Assembly: GCA_963801355.1 (NCBI GenBank)
Contig: CAWDEM010000008.1
Span: 992,001 to 1,056,000, forward strand
Reading direction: 5' to 3'
DNA length: 64,000 nucleotides
Source: Ignavibacteriota bacterium
GTDB taxonomy: Bacteria > Bacteroidota > Ignavibacteria > UBA10030 > UBA6906
The position numbers were made by a program, and so were the translations under genes. The notes below the pieces were generated by a model, which ran no database searches, was not told where the DNA came from, and saw only the letters and a program-made list of their open reading frames with translations. Positions 10,217 to 19,347 of this stretch are shown here, in pieces (the first letter of the stretch is position 1; every line of letters starts with the position of its first letter).

Positions 10217-11938
10217 TCATGTGGGCCTCCGGACTTCGTCTCTAAGTGTCAGCAAGTCTTTCATCACATTGTACAAGCCGCTAGACCCACTGGGTCCCTG
10301 CCATCGGGGTGTGCCGAAGGCATCGTGAAGTTCGCGGTAGAGCGTGTACAACCTGGTGTACACTGCATGGGAGTCTTCATCCGGGAGGTACGTGGTGCGT
10401 ACGCCTGTTATCGTGCGCTGGGCATCTTCCACTGTGGCATATCCTCCCGCCTCCTTCCCCGCGGCCACCGCTCCGAAAATCGCGGCACCGAGTGCCGGGG
10501 TTTGCTCGCTGCGCGAGACTTTCATCGGGCGCCCGGTGATGTCGGCGTATATTTGCATCAACAAGGGACTGCGCACAGCCAGTCCGCCGCAGTTGACAAT
10601 TTCTTTGATGGGCACACCGTACTCTTCGATGCGGTCGATAATCACGAGGGCGCCGTATGCCGTCGCTTCCATCAAACTGCGGTAGATCTCGTGAGGGCGG
10701 GTATGCAGTGTCTGTCCGAGAAGCAGTCCCGTGAGCCGCACATCCACGAGTATCGTGCGGTTCCCGTTGTTCCAGTCCAGCGCGAGGAGCCCGCTCTCCC
10801 CCGGTTTCAGCTGACTTGCCGCAAGTTCAAGCTGCCGGAAACGTTCGTCGGGCGTCGATCCGTACGAATCAGGCACCAGACTGTTCACGAACCAGAGAAA
10901 AATATCGCCGACTGCGGATTGCCCTGCCTCGATGCCATAGTAACCGTTGATGACAGATCCGTCCACGATCCCGCACACCCCCGGGATATCCTGCAGCTGC
11001 TGATCATGGGGAGAGATCATCACATCACAGGTACTAGTCCCGATAATTTTCACGAGCGTCCCGGGAGAGATCCCTGCGCCGACTGCACCCATGTGCGCAT
11101 CAAAAGCCCCGACGGCGACGGCGGTTTTTTCCGAAAGTCCGAGGGCATTCGCCCAGGCTGGAGCAAGGGAGCCCGCACGGCAATCAGACGTTGCGGCCTC
11201 ACTGTAGAGCTTCGCCCGCAGCTTCCCGAGTCCGGGAGAGAGCGCTTCGAGGAACTCTTCGTCCGGCAGGCCTCCCCATTCGCGGCTGAACATTGCCTTA
11301 TGTCCGGCAGCACAGACGCTCCGGCGGATTTTGCCGGGCGCGGTCTCACCGGTCAGAAGCGCGGGAATCCAGTCACACACTTCCACCACGCTTGCGGTTG
11401 CTCCAAAGACGTCCGGCGCAGTGTCCTTGAGGCGCAGGGTCTTGCTCCAGAACCATTCTGACGAATAGGTGCCCCCGATTTTCGCCAGGTACCGGAGGCG
11501 CATCTTTGCAGCCAGGCCGGTAATACGGGCGGCTTCTGCGAAACTCGTATGGTCCTTCCAGAGCCAGACCATCGCGGCGGGGTTATCCTTGAAGTGCTCG
11601 TCAAAGCAGAGCGGCATGCCATAGGAGTCGACCGGCATCGGGCTGCTTCCGGTAGTGTCAACGCCGACGCCCACGACCTGGTCGGGTGAGAAATCAGCAA
11701 GAGTGCGCCGCGCTTCGCCAATGACCTGGCGCACGGTGTACTCAATGCCGAGGAGGTAATCCGCGGGGTTCTGACGGGCCAGGTTCGGATCGGCGTGATC
11801 GATGATGACTCCCGCCTCGCCGGATGGATACGCAAAGACCGAGCTTGCCAGCTCGCGTCCGTCGCTCAGATCCACGAGGAGCGCACGGCAGGAGTTGGTA
11901 CCAAAATCCAGGCCCAGGGCGTAGTTGCTCATGGTCAC
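10217..11938 (-). CDS. araB: Ribulokinase
   Basis: GLDFGTNS.RA, DTTGS, WKDHT, YSSEWFWSK, AAGHKA, FDAHMGAVG, GTSTCD, EAGQSAVGD, LDWNNGNR. Confidence 0.93.
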   Translation of the reverse strand: MTMSNYALGLDFGTNSCRALLVDLSDGRELASSVFAYPSGEAGVIIDHADPNLARQNPADYLLGIEYTVRQVIGEARRTLADFSPDQVVGVGVDTTGSSPMPVDSYGMPLCFDEHFKDNPAAMVWLWKDHTSFAEAARITGLAAKMRLRYLAKIGGTYSSEWFWSKTLRLKDTAPDVFGATASVVEVCDWIPALLTGETAPGKIRRSVCAAGHKAMFSREWGGLPDEEFLEALSPGLGKLRAKLYSEAATSDCRAGSLAPAWANALGLSEKTAVAVGAFDAHMGAVGAGISPGTLVKIIGTSTCDVMISPHDQQLQDIPGVCGIVDGSVINGYYGIEAGQSAVGDIFLWFVNSLVPDSYGSTPDERFRQLELAASQLKPGESGLLALDWNNGNRTILVDVRLTGLLLGQTLHTRPHEIYRSLMEATAYGALVIIDRIEEYGVPIKEIVNCGGLAVRSPLLMQIYADITGRPMKVSRSEQTPALGAAIFGAVAAGKEAGGYATVEDAQRTITGVRTTYLPDEDSHAVYTRLYTLYRELHDAFGTPRWQGPSGSSGLYNVMKDLLTLRDEVRRPT

Positions 11939-12060
11939 CGAGTCCCGGCCGGATCAGCCGACGAAGTGTAATTGCTCATGGTCACAGAGTCCCGGCCGGA
12001 TCAGCCGACGAATGTAGTTGCTCATGTTCACCGAGTCCCGGCCGGATCAGCCGACGAAGT
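11921..12060. repeat. Triple tandem repeat (47/46/47 bp) of the symporter-stop/araB-start junction
   Basis: Units 11921-11967, 11968-12013, 12014-12060, consensus GTAGTTGCTCATGGTCACCGAGTCCCGGCCGGATCAGCCGACGAAGT with few substitutions. Confidence 0.92.
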
Positions 12061-13801
12061 AGAGATATGCCACAAGTATCAGTACCAGCACCAGACACGA
12101 CAGCACAACATCGATCGTCGACCAGGAAGCGCGGGTGGCGCGTTTGTCAGCCTCGGTTCTCGTCGCATATGTCAACCCGCTGATCCTGGAATAGGACGGA
12201 GCCTCGGTCATATAGCTCACGATCACCATCACAGCCGCAGAGACGAGCAGAATGATAATACTGTAGTACTGGAAGAAGATGTTGTTCACGATCCAGAGAA
12301 ACGAGCCTTCCGCATACCGGAATCCCGCGATGAGTTTCACAGGCGTATCCACTGCGAGCCGGAGAATGCCGAGGGTGAAACCCACAATCAGAGCCGAGAG
12401 GCACCCCTTGGCATTCAACCGTTTGTGGAAGACACCCAGAAAGAACACCACAAAGATCGGAGGTGCGAGGTACGACTGCATGCCCTGCAGGTAGTCATAC
12501 AGTCCCCGCCCGCCCCGGATGACGGGAATCCAGAGGAGGCCGATGAGCACCATGACACCGGTTGCCACGCGTCCAACCCACACGAGCCGTTCCTGGGAAG
12601 TGTTGGGGCGCAGGCGTCCGTAGAAGTCGATCGTGAAGAGCGTCGCGCAGGCGTTGAACGCGCCGGCAAGTGAACTCATCAGCGCCGCAAGAAGTCCTGC
12701 CACAACGATCCCGCGAATGCCGACGGGAAGAACATTTGCGACCATAAGCGGGAATGCCTGCTGTGCGTTATCTCGAATCACTTTGCCATCGGGACCGATC
12801 AACAACGATTGGAATCCCGGGATCTTTCCGGAGACTGCGAGGGCGTAGCAGATAATGCCGGGGATGATGAAGATGAAGACCGGCAGGAGTTTGAAGAATG
12901 CTGCTGTAATGGTCCCGCGGCGTGCTTGGGTCTCATTCCGCGCGGTCAGAGCGCGTTGTACGATATACTGATCGGTGCACCAGTACCAGAGGCCGATGAT
13001 GGGTGCGCAAAAGAGCATCCCGATCCATGGGTACGCGTCGTTGAAGTACCACGCCATCTGGGTTGAGGTTTTAATGGGCGCCCAGGTGCCTTCCATTCCC
13101 GCCGGCACCAGCGGCTTCCAGAGGTTGAACATCTCCGAAGGAACGATGGCGCGCAATTCGGACCACCCACCCAGTGCCTGCAATCCGAACAGTGTGACCA
13201 ACGCCGAACCGATAATCAGAACGACCGTCTGTATGGCTTCGGTGTACGCGACCGCGGTCATGCCGCCGACAATCGTATAGAGTCCGGTGATCACGACAAC
13301 CAGAATCGAACCGATCCAGAACGCATCCAGGCCGGCGACATTCATTTCAGGCAATAGAACTGAGAACACGACACCGCCGGCAAAGATACCGACCGCGATC
13401 TTTGTCAGAACATACGCAACCAGTGAGATAATCGAAAGAACCGTGCGCGAGGTCGGTGAAAACCGGCGTTCCAGGAATTCGGGCATGGTGAACACCCGCG
13501 AACGCATATAGAACGGCACCATCACCCATCCCAGAACCAGCAGGCACCATGCGTGAAGTTCGTAGTGCGCCATCGCGACGCCGTCCGTGGCCCCCGATCC
13601 CGCCAGTCCAACCAGATGTTCCGATCCGATGTTCGACGCGAAGATGGACGCACCGATGATGAACCACCCCAACTCCCTGCCTGCCAGGAAATATCCGTCA
13701 GATGTGTTTTTCTGCTTCTTCGAAACCCAAACGACAATCCCGATGATGAGGGCGAAGTAGCCGAAAAGAACGATCCAATCGAGGGGCTGAAGGATGCTCA
13801 T
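12047..13801 (-). CDS. Sodium:solute symporter (SGLT-like sugar transporter)
   Basis: YFLAGR, ASNIGSEHLVGLAG, TMPEFLERRF, WYWCTDQYIVQR, LAALMSSL; many TM helices. Confidence 0.95.
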   Translation of the reverse strand: MSILQPLDWIVLFGYFALIIGIVVWVSKKQKNTSDGYFLAGRELGWFIIGASIFASNIGSEHLVGLAGSGATDGVAMAHYELHAWCLLVLGWVMVPFYMRSRVFTMPEFLERRFSPTSRTVLSIISLVAYVLTKIAVGIFAGGVVFSVLLPEMNVAGLDAFWIGSILVVVITGLYTIVGGMTAVAYTEAIQTVVLIIGSALVTLFGLQALGGWSELRAIVPSEMFNLWKPLVPAGMEGTWAPIKTSTQMAWYFNDAYPWIGMLFCAPIIGLWYWCTDQYIVQRALTARNETQARRGTITAAFFKLLPVFIFIIPGIICYALAVSGKIPGFQSLLIGPDGKVIRDNAQQAFPLMVANVLPVGIRGIVVAGLLAALMSSLAGAFNACATLFTIDFYGRLRPNTSQERLVWVGRVATGVMVLIGLLWIPVIRGGRGLYDYLQGMQSYLAPPIFVVFFLGVFHKRLNAKGCLSALIVGFTLGILRLAVDTPVKLIAGFRYAEGSFLWIVNNIFFQYYSIIILLVSAAVMVIVSYMTEAPSYSRISGLTYATRTEADKRATRASWSTIDVVLSCLVLVLILVAYLYFVG

Positions 13802-13848
13802 TGGAGTGCACTCCAGGATAGTGAGAACGAAGGGTTTCTATTTCAGGA

Positions 13849-13913
13849 AGCAGTCAGTCCGGGAAGAAGGTCAGCAGTCAGACCCGAAAGAAGGTCAGCG
13901 TGTCAGACCCAAG
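13849..13913. repeat. ~24-bp tandem repeat (2.7 copies) containing the GTCAGACCC core
   Basis: AGCAGTCAGTCCGGGAAGAAGGTC / AGCAGTCAGACCCGAAAGAAGGTC / AGCGTGTCAGACCCAAG. Confidence 0.75.
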
Positions 13914-13957
13914 CCATAATACAAGCATCTGGCGAAAAACGCAACTTCACCCCCCCC

Positions 13958-16543
13958 TCATTTGAGAAGAAGCATCTTCCCCCGCAACCGGGTTCCTCCC
14001 GATTCAAGGTCACTGAAATACACACCGCTTGACAGCCCCCCGGCATGCCATGCCACCGTGTAGTTTCCCGGCTCCTTTGGCTCGTTTATCAGCACTTCCA
14101 CCTGCCGACCGAGCATATCGTACACGGCGAGTTTCACCCACATCATACCCGGCCCGCGACCTTCCGACCCGGGCCCCCGGCCGCGCAGGGCGAACCCGAT
14201 ATGTGTTGTCGGATTGAAAGGATTTGGAAAGTTCGGATACAGGATCAACGATTCCGGGAGCCGGGACTCATCCTTGACGCCGACCAGAGTGCCGATGAAG
14301 TTCAGATACGCCTCGAGATTCGTGTAGCCGTCCTGACCCACAATGTTGCGATCTGAAGGATCCGCCAGGTTCAGGCCCTGTCCGATTTCCCAGAGATCCG
14401 GCATTCCATCGTGGTCCGAATCGGCCGGGGCCGGCTCCGAGTTGAGCAGGGGCCATCCGCCGACGTCAGTCTGTGAGTCAATAATGCCGGTGATCGGTGC
14501 AGACGCCGGGAATCCCTGCACAGACCTGTACGTCGGTCCTTCATACGTCGCCGTTCCGGTGAACACTTCGTTCAGCACACGCAGGTCTACCGAATCCCTT
14601 CGCGGAAGGATCGCTCCTGCACCTGCAAGCACTGAGGCGTACGCTGCTTCGGCTGTTTGCTGGTTGATAGGGCTGGATGGGAATGGGACGTCGGAGCGCA
14701 TCGCTGTCTTTTCCGCCACGGTTGGCCCCTGAACCCCGTACGTCCAGTTGTCCGCAGTGGCGGTTGGATATCCCTCCACGACATTGCCGCTCACGTGCCA
14801 GTATCCGTAGTCCGCCAGACCGTTTCTGGTGGATGGGTTGATGATTCTGTAGCGCACGCCGGATTTTGTTGCCGGACCCGGTTTGTAGTAGTTCGCCACG
14901 ATGTTGATGGTTGAGAGCGGACTGGCCCATGATGTGTCGTATGCTTCACCGCCATAGGCACTGTTGAAGCCCCAGTTGTAGATCACATTGTTCCGGTGAT
15001 CGGTATTGCCGCTCCCGGATGCGAACCGGGGATTTCGGCTGGAGTGGTGAGCAAGAAGATTGTGGTGATAGGTCGAGTTCGTTCCTCCCCAGATCCCGCC
15101 ATAGCCATGGGCGCCTTTGGGATGGTTGGAGTTGTAAAGGCTTTCGGTGATGAGGCACCATTGGACGGTGAGGCTGTCGCACCAGTACATCGAGAGCGTT
15201 TCGTCCTGGCTCCAGCTAGCAGAACAGTGATCGACGATAATGTTCTTGTACCAGCGGGCGCTCATCGCGTCGGATTCTCCCCCGCTCTCGTCACCCAGCC
15301 TCACTCTGAGGTAGCGAATGATCACCTGGTTCGCATTGACTACAAGGGGATATTTTCTGATGCAGATGCCGTCGCCCGGCGCGGTTTGCCCCGCAATGGT
15401 GATGTAAGGTTTGCTGATCGTGAGATTTGAATTCAACACGATCGTTCCCGACACGCGGAACACCACTGTGCGCGGTCCGCTTGCCTGTACCGCCGCGCGG
15501 AGACTGCCTGGTCCGCTGTCGTCCAGGTTCGTCACTTCATACACCGCACCGCCGCGTCCGCCGACGGTGAATTTGCCATACCCTTCTGCGCCCGGGAATG
15601 CAAGCTGTTGTTGTGCAGAAGATGTAGCGGTGAATGTTCGCTCGTTGCCATAACCGGCGCCTATGCTATTCATTGCATAGGCGCGAACGAAGTACAGAGT
15701 CCCTTCTGTGAGTCCGGTCAGCGTGCTGGTGAATATTCCGGTGCCGGTACCATCCGATGTTGTGTCGTTCTGGATTGTCGGGAGCGGTGAAGTGCTCCAG
15801 CAAACCCCACGTGACGCTACGGGCAGTCCGCCGTCCCATTGCACGTTGCCGCCGCTGGTGGCTGACGTCGGATTGATGTCCGAAATTGCCGCGGTCGTCA
15901 CGATCGGAACGCCCGTCGTATCCTCGGTGGTTGTCACTCCAGTGATGACGACGTTGCGAAGATACAGGTACTTCGAGGTGGATGCATTCGTGCTGTTGTA
16001 CCAGGGAGAGACCCGCACATAGAACGATTGCGTGCTGTGCACTTCAACGTTCAGCTCAAAGGCCGGTGAGGGGGCCAACCAGGCATTGTTCGGGAGGTTT
16101 TCGGCGCGCTGCAAAACCGCGCGAAACAGAAAGGTTGAATCGATGGCGCAGGAGATCGATGCACCCATTGTACTGGTGCCGCCCCCGCCGATGTCGAGTG
16201 TGAGCGAGGTAATCCGGAGAAACTTGCCTGGGGCGGGGGCGACAGCAAACTGCACGAACCTGGCGGAATTTTCGCCGGTTTCGTACGGCCAGGTTTTCTG
16301 GCCGAGATTCAGCCGTTGGCCGCCGCCGCTGGCTGCATAGTCCCTGACCTGGAGATTCACGGAGGAATCGGAGGCCGAATACGAGAATTGTTCCGGCAGA
16401 CCCGTGATCGCGCCCACGGTCCGGGACACACTGGTATTGGCGGTGATGTCCCAGGCCACGGAGGCGGTATCCTGAGCGCGGAGCATCCCATGGGTTGCGG
16501 TCGCCAGGCCTACAATAAGTCCAATTTGAAAGAAATTCTGCAC
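13958..16543 (-). CDS. Multidomain pectate lyase (PL1-like) with N-terminal unknown beta domain, Fn3-like domain and T9SS CTD
   Basis: AFPGAEGYG, GGRGG.VYEVTNLDDSGPGSLR, TIAGQTAPGDG, DHCSASW..DE, RNPRF, DSDHDGMPD.WE, NFPNPFNPTT CTD; signal peptide. Confidence 0.9.
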   Translation of the reverse strand: MQNFFQIGLIVGLATATHGMLRAQDTASVAWDITANTSVSRTVGAITGLPEQFSYSASDSSVNLQVRDYAASGGGQRLNLGQKTWPYETGENSARFVQFAVAPAPGKFLRITSLTLDIGGGGTSTMGASISCAIDSTFLFRAVLQRAENLPNNAWLAPSPAFELNVEVHSTQSFYVRVSPWYNSTNASTSKYLYLRNVVITGVTTTEDTTGVPIVTTAAISDINPTSATSGGNVQWDGGLPVASRGVCWSTSPLPTIQNDTTSDGTGTGIFTSTLTGLTEGTLYFVRAYAMNSIGAGYGNERTFTATSSAQQQLAFPGAEGYGKFTVGGRGGAVYEVTNLDDSGPGSLRAAVQASGPRTVVFRVSGTIVLNSNLTISKPYITIAGQTAPGDGICIRKYPLVVNANQVIIRYLRVRLGDESGGESDAMSARWYKNIIVDHCSASWSQDETLSMYWCDSLTVQWCLITESLYNSNHPKGAHGYGGIWGGTNSTYHHNLLAHHSSRNPRFASGSGNTDHRNNVIYNWGFNSAYGGEAYDTSWASPLSTINIVANYYKPGPATKSGVRYRIINPSTRNGLADYGYWHVSGNVVEGYPTATADNWTYGVQGPTVAEKTAMRSDVPFPSSPINQQTAEAAYASVLAGAGAILPRRDSVDLRVLNEVFTGTATYEGPTYRSVQGFPASAPITGIIDSQTDVGGWPLLNSEPAPADSDHDGMPDLWEIGQGLNLADPSDRNIVGQDGYTNLEAYLNFIGTLVGVKDESRLPESLILYPNFPNPFNPTTHIGFALRGRGPGSEGRGPGMMWVKLAVYDMLGRQVEVLINEPKEPGNYTVAWHAGGLSSGVYFSDLESGGTRLRGKMLLLK

Positions 16544-16552
16544 TATTCTATG

Positions 16553-16722
16553 TCAGGGACAAAACTCAGGCTTTTTTGTCTGGCTTTTAAGTCTGCGAAA
16601 AACCTCAGGCTTTTTTGTCTGGCTTTTATGTCAGGCTCTTTTGCCTGGGTTTTATGTCAGGGTTTTATGTCAAACTTCTACGTCAGGCTTAACTTCTACG
16701 TCAGGCTTTCGTATCAGACGTT
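16553..16722. repeat. Degenerate ~13-bp tandem repeat array (~13 units, consensus TCAGGCTTTTATG)
   Basis: CTCAGGCTTTTTTGTCTGGCTTTTA at 16565 and 16604 (39-bp period); AACTTCTACGTCAGGCTT at 16673 and 16691. Confidence 0.8.
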
Positions 16723-16736
16723 GAGCAAGGCTCCAG

Positions 16737-18257
16737 CTACCACGGCAGATCGTACGAAACGCCGGCCGCGACATTGCCGCGCAGCTCGCGGTTAACGCTT
16801 GCAGCGTTGGACCATGTGTCGACGTACTTCATATCGGCATATTCATATGCCAGATTGAAATTCACATCGGCATATCCGATTCCCAGGCCTAGTGAATACA
16901 CTGCGTACTTCACCGCCTCACCGCGGATGGCATTCGACAGCGGTTCGTACACCTCATGATCCTCGCGTACCCCGCCACGGAGTGTCAGCCAGTCGTTGGC
17001 TTTGAATTCCGCCCCCACCTGCCACAACGAAGCGGACAGCCACGGGTTCGATCCCACTCCATCAGCCCCTGTATAGACGGCCAGTGCATACGAACGGATC
17101 TCATACCCGAGTCCGACCGTGAGACGGTCGCTCACCTTCACCGAAAGGCCGACAGTTCCCCGCCAGGGCAGTTTCACGTTATCTTCGCCGGCAAGCGTTG
17201 AAGTCCAGGCGGTATGCAGAGAATCCACCCGGTGATTCAGCGTGCTGACCGCCGTCACCGAGTCAGTGCGCATTTCGCTTGAGTACTTCCTCGTGATGGT
17301 GGTCGGCGGCTTGATGGCGACTCCGAATTCGTAGAACCGGCCGCTGTATTTGGCCGAGAGTGTGAATTCCGTGCCGCTGAATTCTGACGTTCCCGTTTTG
17401 GTGTAGCCGGTGACCGCATTCTTCGAGAGTCGCAGATAATTGTTGTAGAATGTCATGAGTCCACGGCCCACGCGCGCCTCCAGGTCATCCACCGTACCCT
17501 TCAGGAGCATCCCGCTGACGCCGACAGTCAGATTCTCAAGGATGCCGGCGGATGCCGCACCCCCATAGCCGTAGATCGAGCCGTCGCGCTTCTGATAATA
17601 TTGAAACCACTGGGTGCGGTACGGATTTGCAGCCAGCGTCGTCGTTGAAATGGTCCCGTTCAACACCGACAGCACCGACGGCGAGAAGCAGTTGTTGTTC
17701 TGGTAGAACCTATTGAGATTCGCGTACTCGACAACACCGAGTCCGGCAACGATCTTGATGTTGTCGACGGTGAACGGCACGGCGACAAACACCTGCATGG
17801 GAGCTGTTCGGGTCGTGGAGCGAGTCCAATTCGGGCCGATGTCGTCGAACGGCCGTTGCACGCTGTCGCTTGCATTGGCATTTGTCGGAATCGAATCCGG
17901 ATCGCTGATGTTGCCCGTGACGGCCTGCGTCAACAGATTGAAGGCCGAATGCGTCTGCAGTCCTCCATAGAGCTGATCCTGTTTCGTGTAGGACGTCTGG
18001 TACAGAACGCCGACGGACACCTGGATCTTCTCCAGGCTCTGGAGCATGGCAGGATTGGCGAACATCAACGAGACGTCGTTGTGCAGGCCGACGGAGATTC
18101 CGCCGGCTCCGCGTGATGCGGCTGACTGGAGCGTGGTGCGGTGCACACCCTGGATGGTGAGGGGGGTATCATAGCCCTGCGCAAAGAGCATATGCACCCC
18201 GGACACGCAGAGGATCAGGAGCGCGGCAATTGCGTATGCATTCAATGAGTGTCTCAT
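16737..18257 (-). CDS. Outer-membrane beta-barrel protein (FadL/OmpP1- or PorV-like)
   Basis: Signal peptide; SRGAGG..NPA N-terminal motif; amphipathic strands, GAEF...WLTLRGG, C-terminal aromatic; ATG overlaps upstream TAA. Confidence 0.7.
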   Translation of the reverse strand: MRHSLNAYAIAALLILCVSGVHMLFAQGYDTPLTIQGVHRTTLQSAASRGAGGISVGLHNDVSLMFANPAMLQSLEKIQVSVGVLYQTSYTKQDQLYGGLQTHSAFNLLTQAVTGNISDPDSIPTNANASDSVQRPFDDIGPNWTRSTTRTAPMQVFVAVPFTVDNIKIVAGLGVVEYANLNRFYQNNNCFSPSVLSVLNGTISTTTLAANPYRTQWFQYYQKRDGSIYGYGGAASAGILENLTVGVSGMLLKGTVDDLEARVGRGLMTFYNNYLRLSKNAVTGYTKTGTSEFSGTEFTLSAKYSGRFYEFGVAIKPPTTITRKYSSEMRTDSVTAVSTLNHRVDSLHTAWTSTLAGEDNVKLPWRGTVGLSVKVSDRLTVGLGYEIRSYALAVYTGADGVGSNPWLSASLWQVGAEFKANDWLTLRGGVREDHEVYEPLSNAIRGEAVKYAVYSLGLGIGYADVNFNLAYEYADMKYVDTWSNAASVNRELRGNVAAGVSYDLPW

Positions 18258-19339
18258 TAGAATCCCGCTCCTATGCTAATGCGGTGGACACTCCCAAGTT
18301 GGAATTCGAGGGCGCCGTAGCTGTAGTCGACGGAGAGCAGTGCCCCGGCGATGTTTTGTTTGACTCCTACGCCCGCCGTAAATCCATCCGCATCATAGTT
18401 GAACTTGTATCCGCCGCGGAATGCCACGATGCCGGCGAACTCATATTCAACGCCCATGTGCGCCTGCTGTTCATAGTCGTTCGGCTGGAAGAGATCGAAG
18501 GCCACGCCGAACCGGTGCTCAGTACTTTCTAGAAGTAGCGGATTCGATCCCACGATATCGGCGGCGATCCCAACCCGCAGCGCAAGGGGAATCGCATTGG
18601 TCTCGGGTTCATAATCCACGGGGGACTCATCCGCCTTCTTGGTATAGGTGACATTGGGGCCGAAATTCTGCACCGATGCCGCAAGCCTGATGGACCGGTA
18701 GCCCGTGTTGTACTGCAGACCGAAGTCGAACATGATCCCGTTCGCCCAGGTATTCACGTTCACGGCATCTCCTTGACTGGTGTACGCGGCCACGGTGCTC
18801 CCGTTATAGAGGGACTCGTGAGCGAATTTTGCCGTTACACCTGTGGAGAATTTGTCGGTGAGCTGATAGGCATAGGTCAGGCCCACCATGTAGGCAAACG
18901 GCCGGAACGTCCTGCCGGTCAGCCCCGGATATTCGGTGTTATCCTTATAGGGAGAATCCCAGACCGCCTCGTCGATGCTGCCGAAATCGATGTATTGCAG
19001 CTGCAGGCCCACCGACCCCCAATCGCCGAGCGACGTCGCGAACCCGAGTGCGCCCTGCTGTGTGTCGAATATCCATCTCACATACGAGAGCGATGCCTCG
19101 CTGGTGCGTGTAATGCGGTTCTGGAGATCTGCGATGCCCGCGGGGTTCCAGAACACCGCCTCGGCCCCCGTCGCAAGCACGCTGTAGGCTTCGCCCATCG
19201 CGGTTGCCCGGGCGCAGGGCATGACTTTCAGAAACTGCATTGAGGTGCTGCCGACTTTTTGTGCGAGCACAGGAAGTGAGAATACGCTGAGCAGAATGAG
19301 CGGCAGGAGAGACCATATGACCTTTTTCATTGCTGTCAT
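18257..19339 (-). CDS. PorV/PorQ family (UPF0164) outer-membrane barrel
   Basis: FLKV.P.ARA.AMGEAY, AVFWNPAG, DFGL.Y, ASVQNFG, GVEY....AFRGGY, G.GV, DYSY, HRISI..GF. Confidence 0.85.
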   Translation of the reverse strand: MTAMKKVIWSLLPLILLSVFSLPVLAQKVGSTSMQFLKVMPCARATAMGEAYSVLATGAEAVFWNPAGIADLQNRITRTSEASLSYVRWIFDTQQGALGFATSLGDWGSVGLQLQYIDFGSIDEAVWDSPYKDNTEYPGLTGRTFRPFAYMVGLTYAYQLTDKFSTGVTAKFAHESLYNGSTVAAYTSQGDAVNVNTWANGIMFDFGLQYNTGYRSIRLAASVQNFGPNVTYTKKADESPVDYEPETNAIPLALRVGIAADIVGSNPLLLESTEHRFGVAFDLFQPNDYEQQAHMGVEYEFAGIVAFRGGYKFNYDADGFTAGVGVKQNIAGALLSVDYSYGALEFQLGSVHRISIGAGF

Positions 19340-19347
19340 ATCCTTTG

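Noticed and set aside
9935-11461. 508-aa plus-strand ORF (also 28768-29988 and similar)
   Set aside because: Antisense shadows of well-supported genes
11921-12060. Possible mini CRISPR array
   Set aside because: Units are contiguous with no unique spacers, derive from adjacent coding ends, and no cas genes are present
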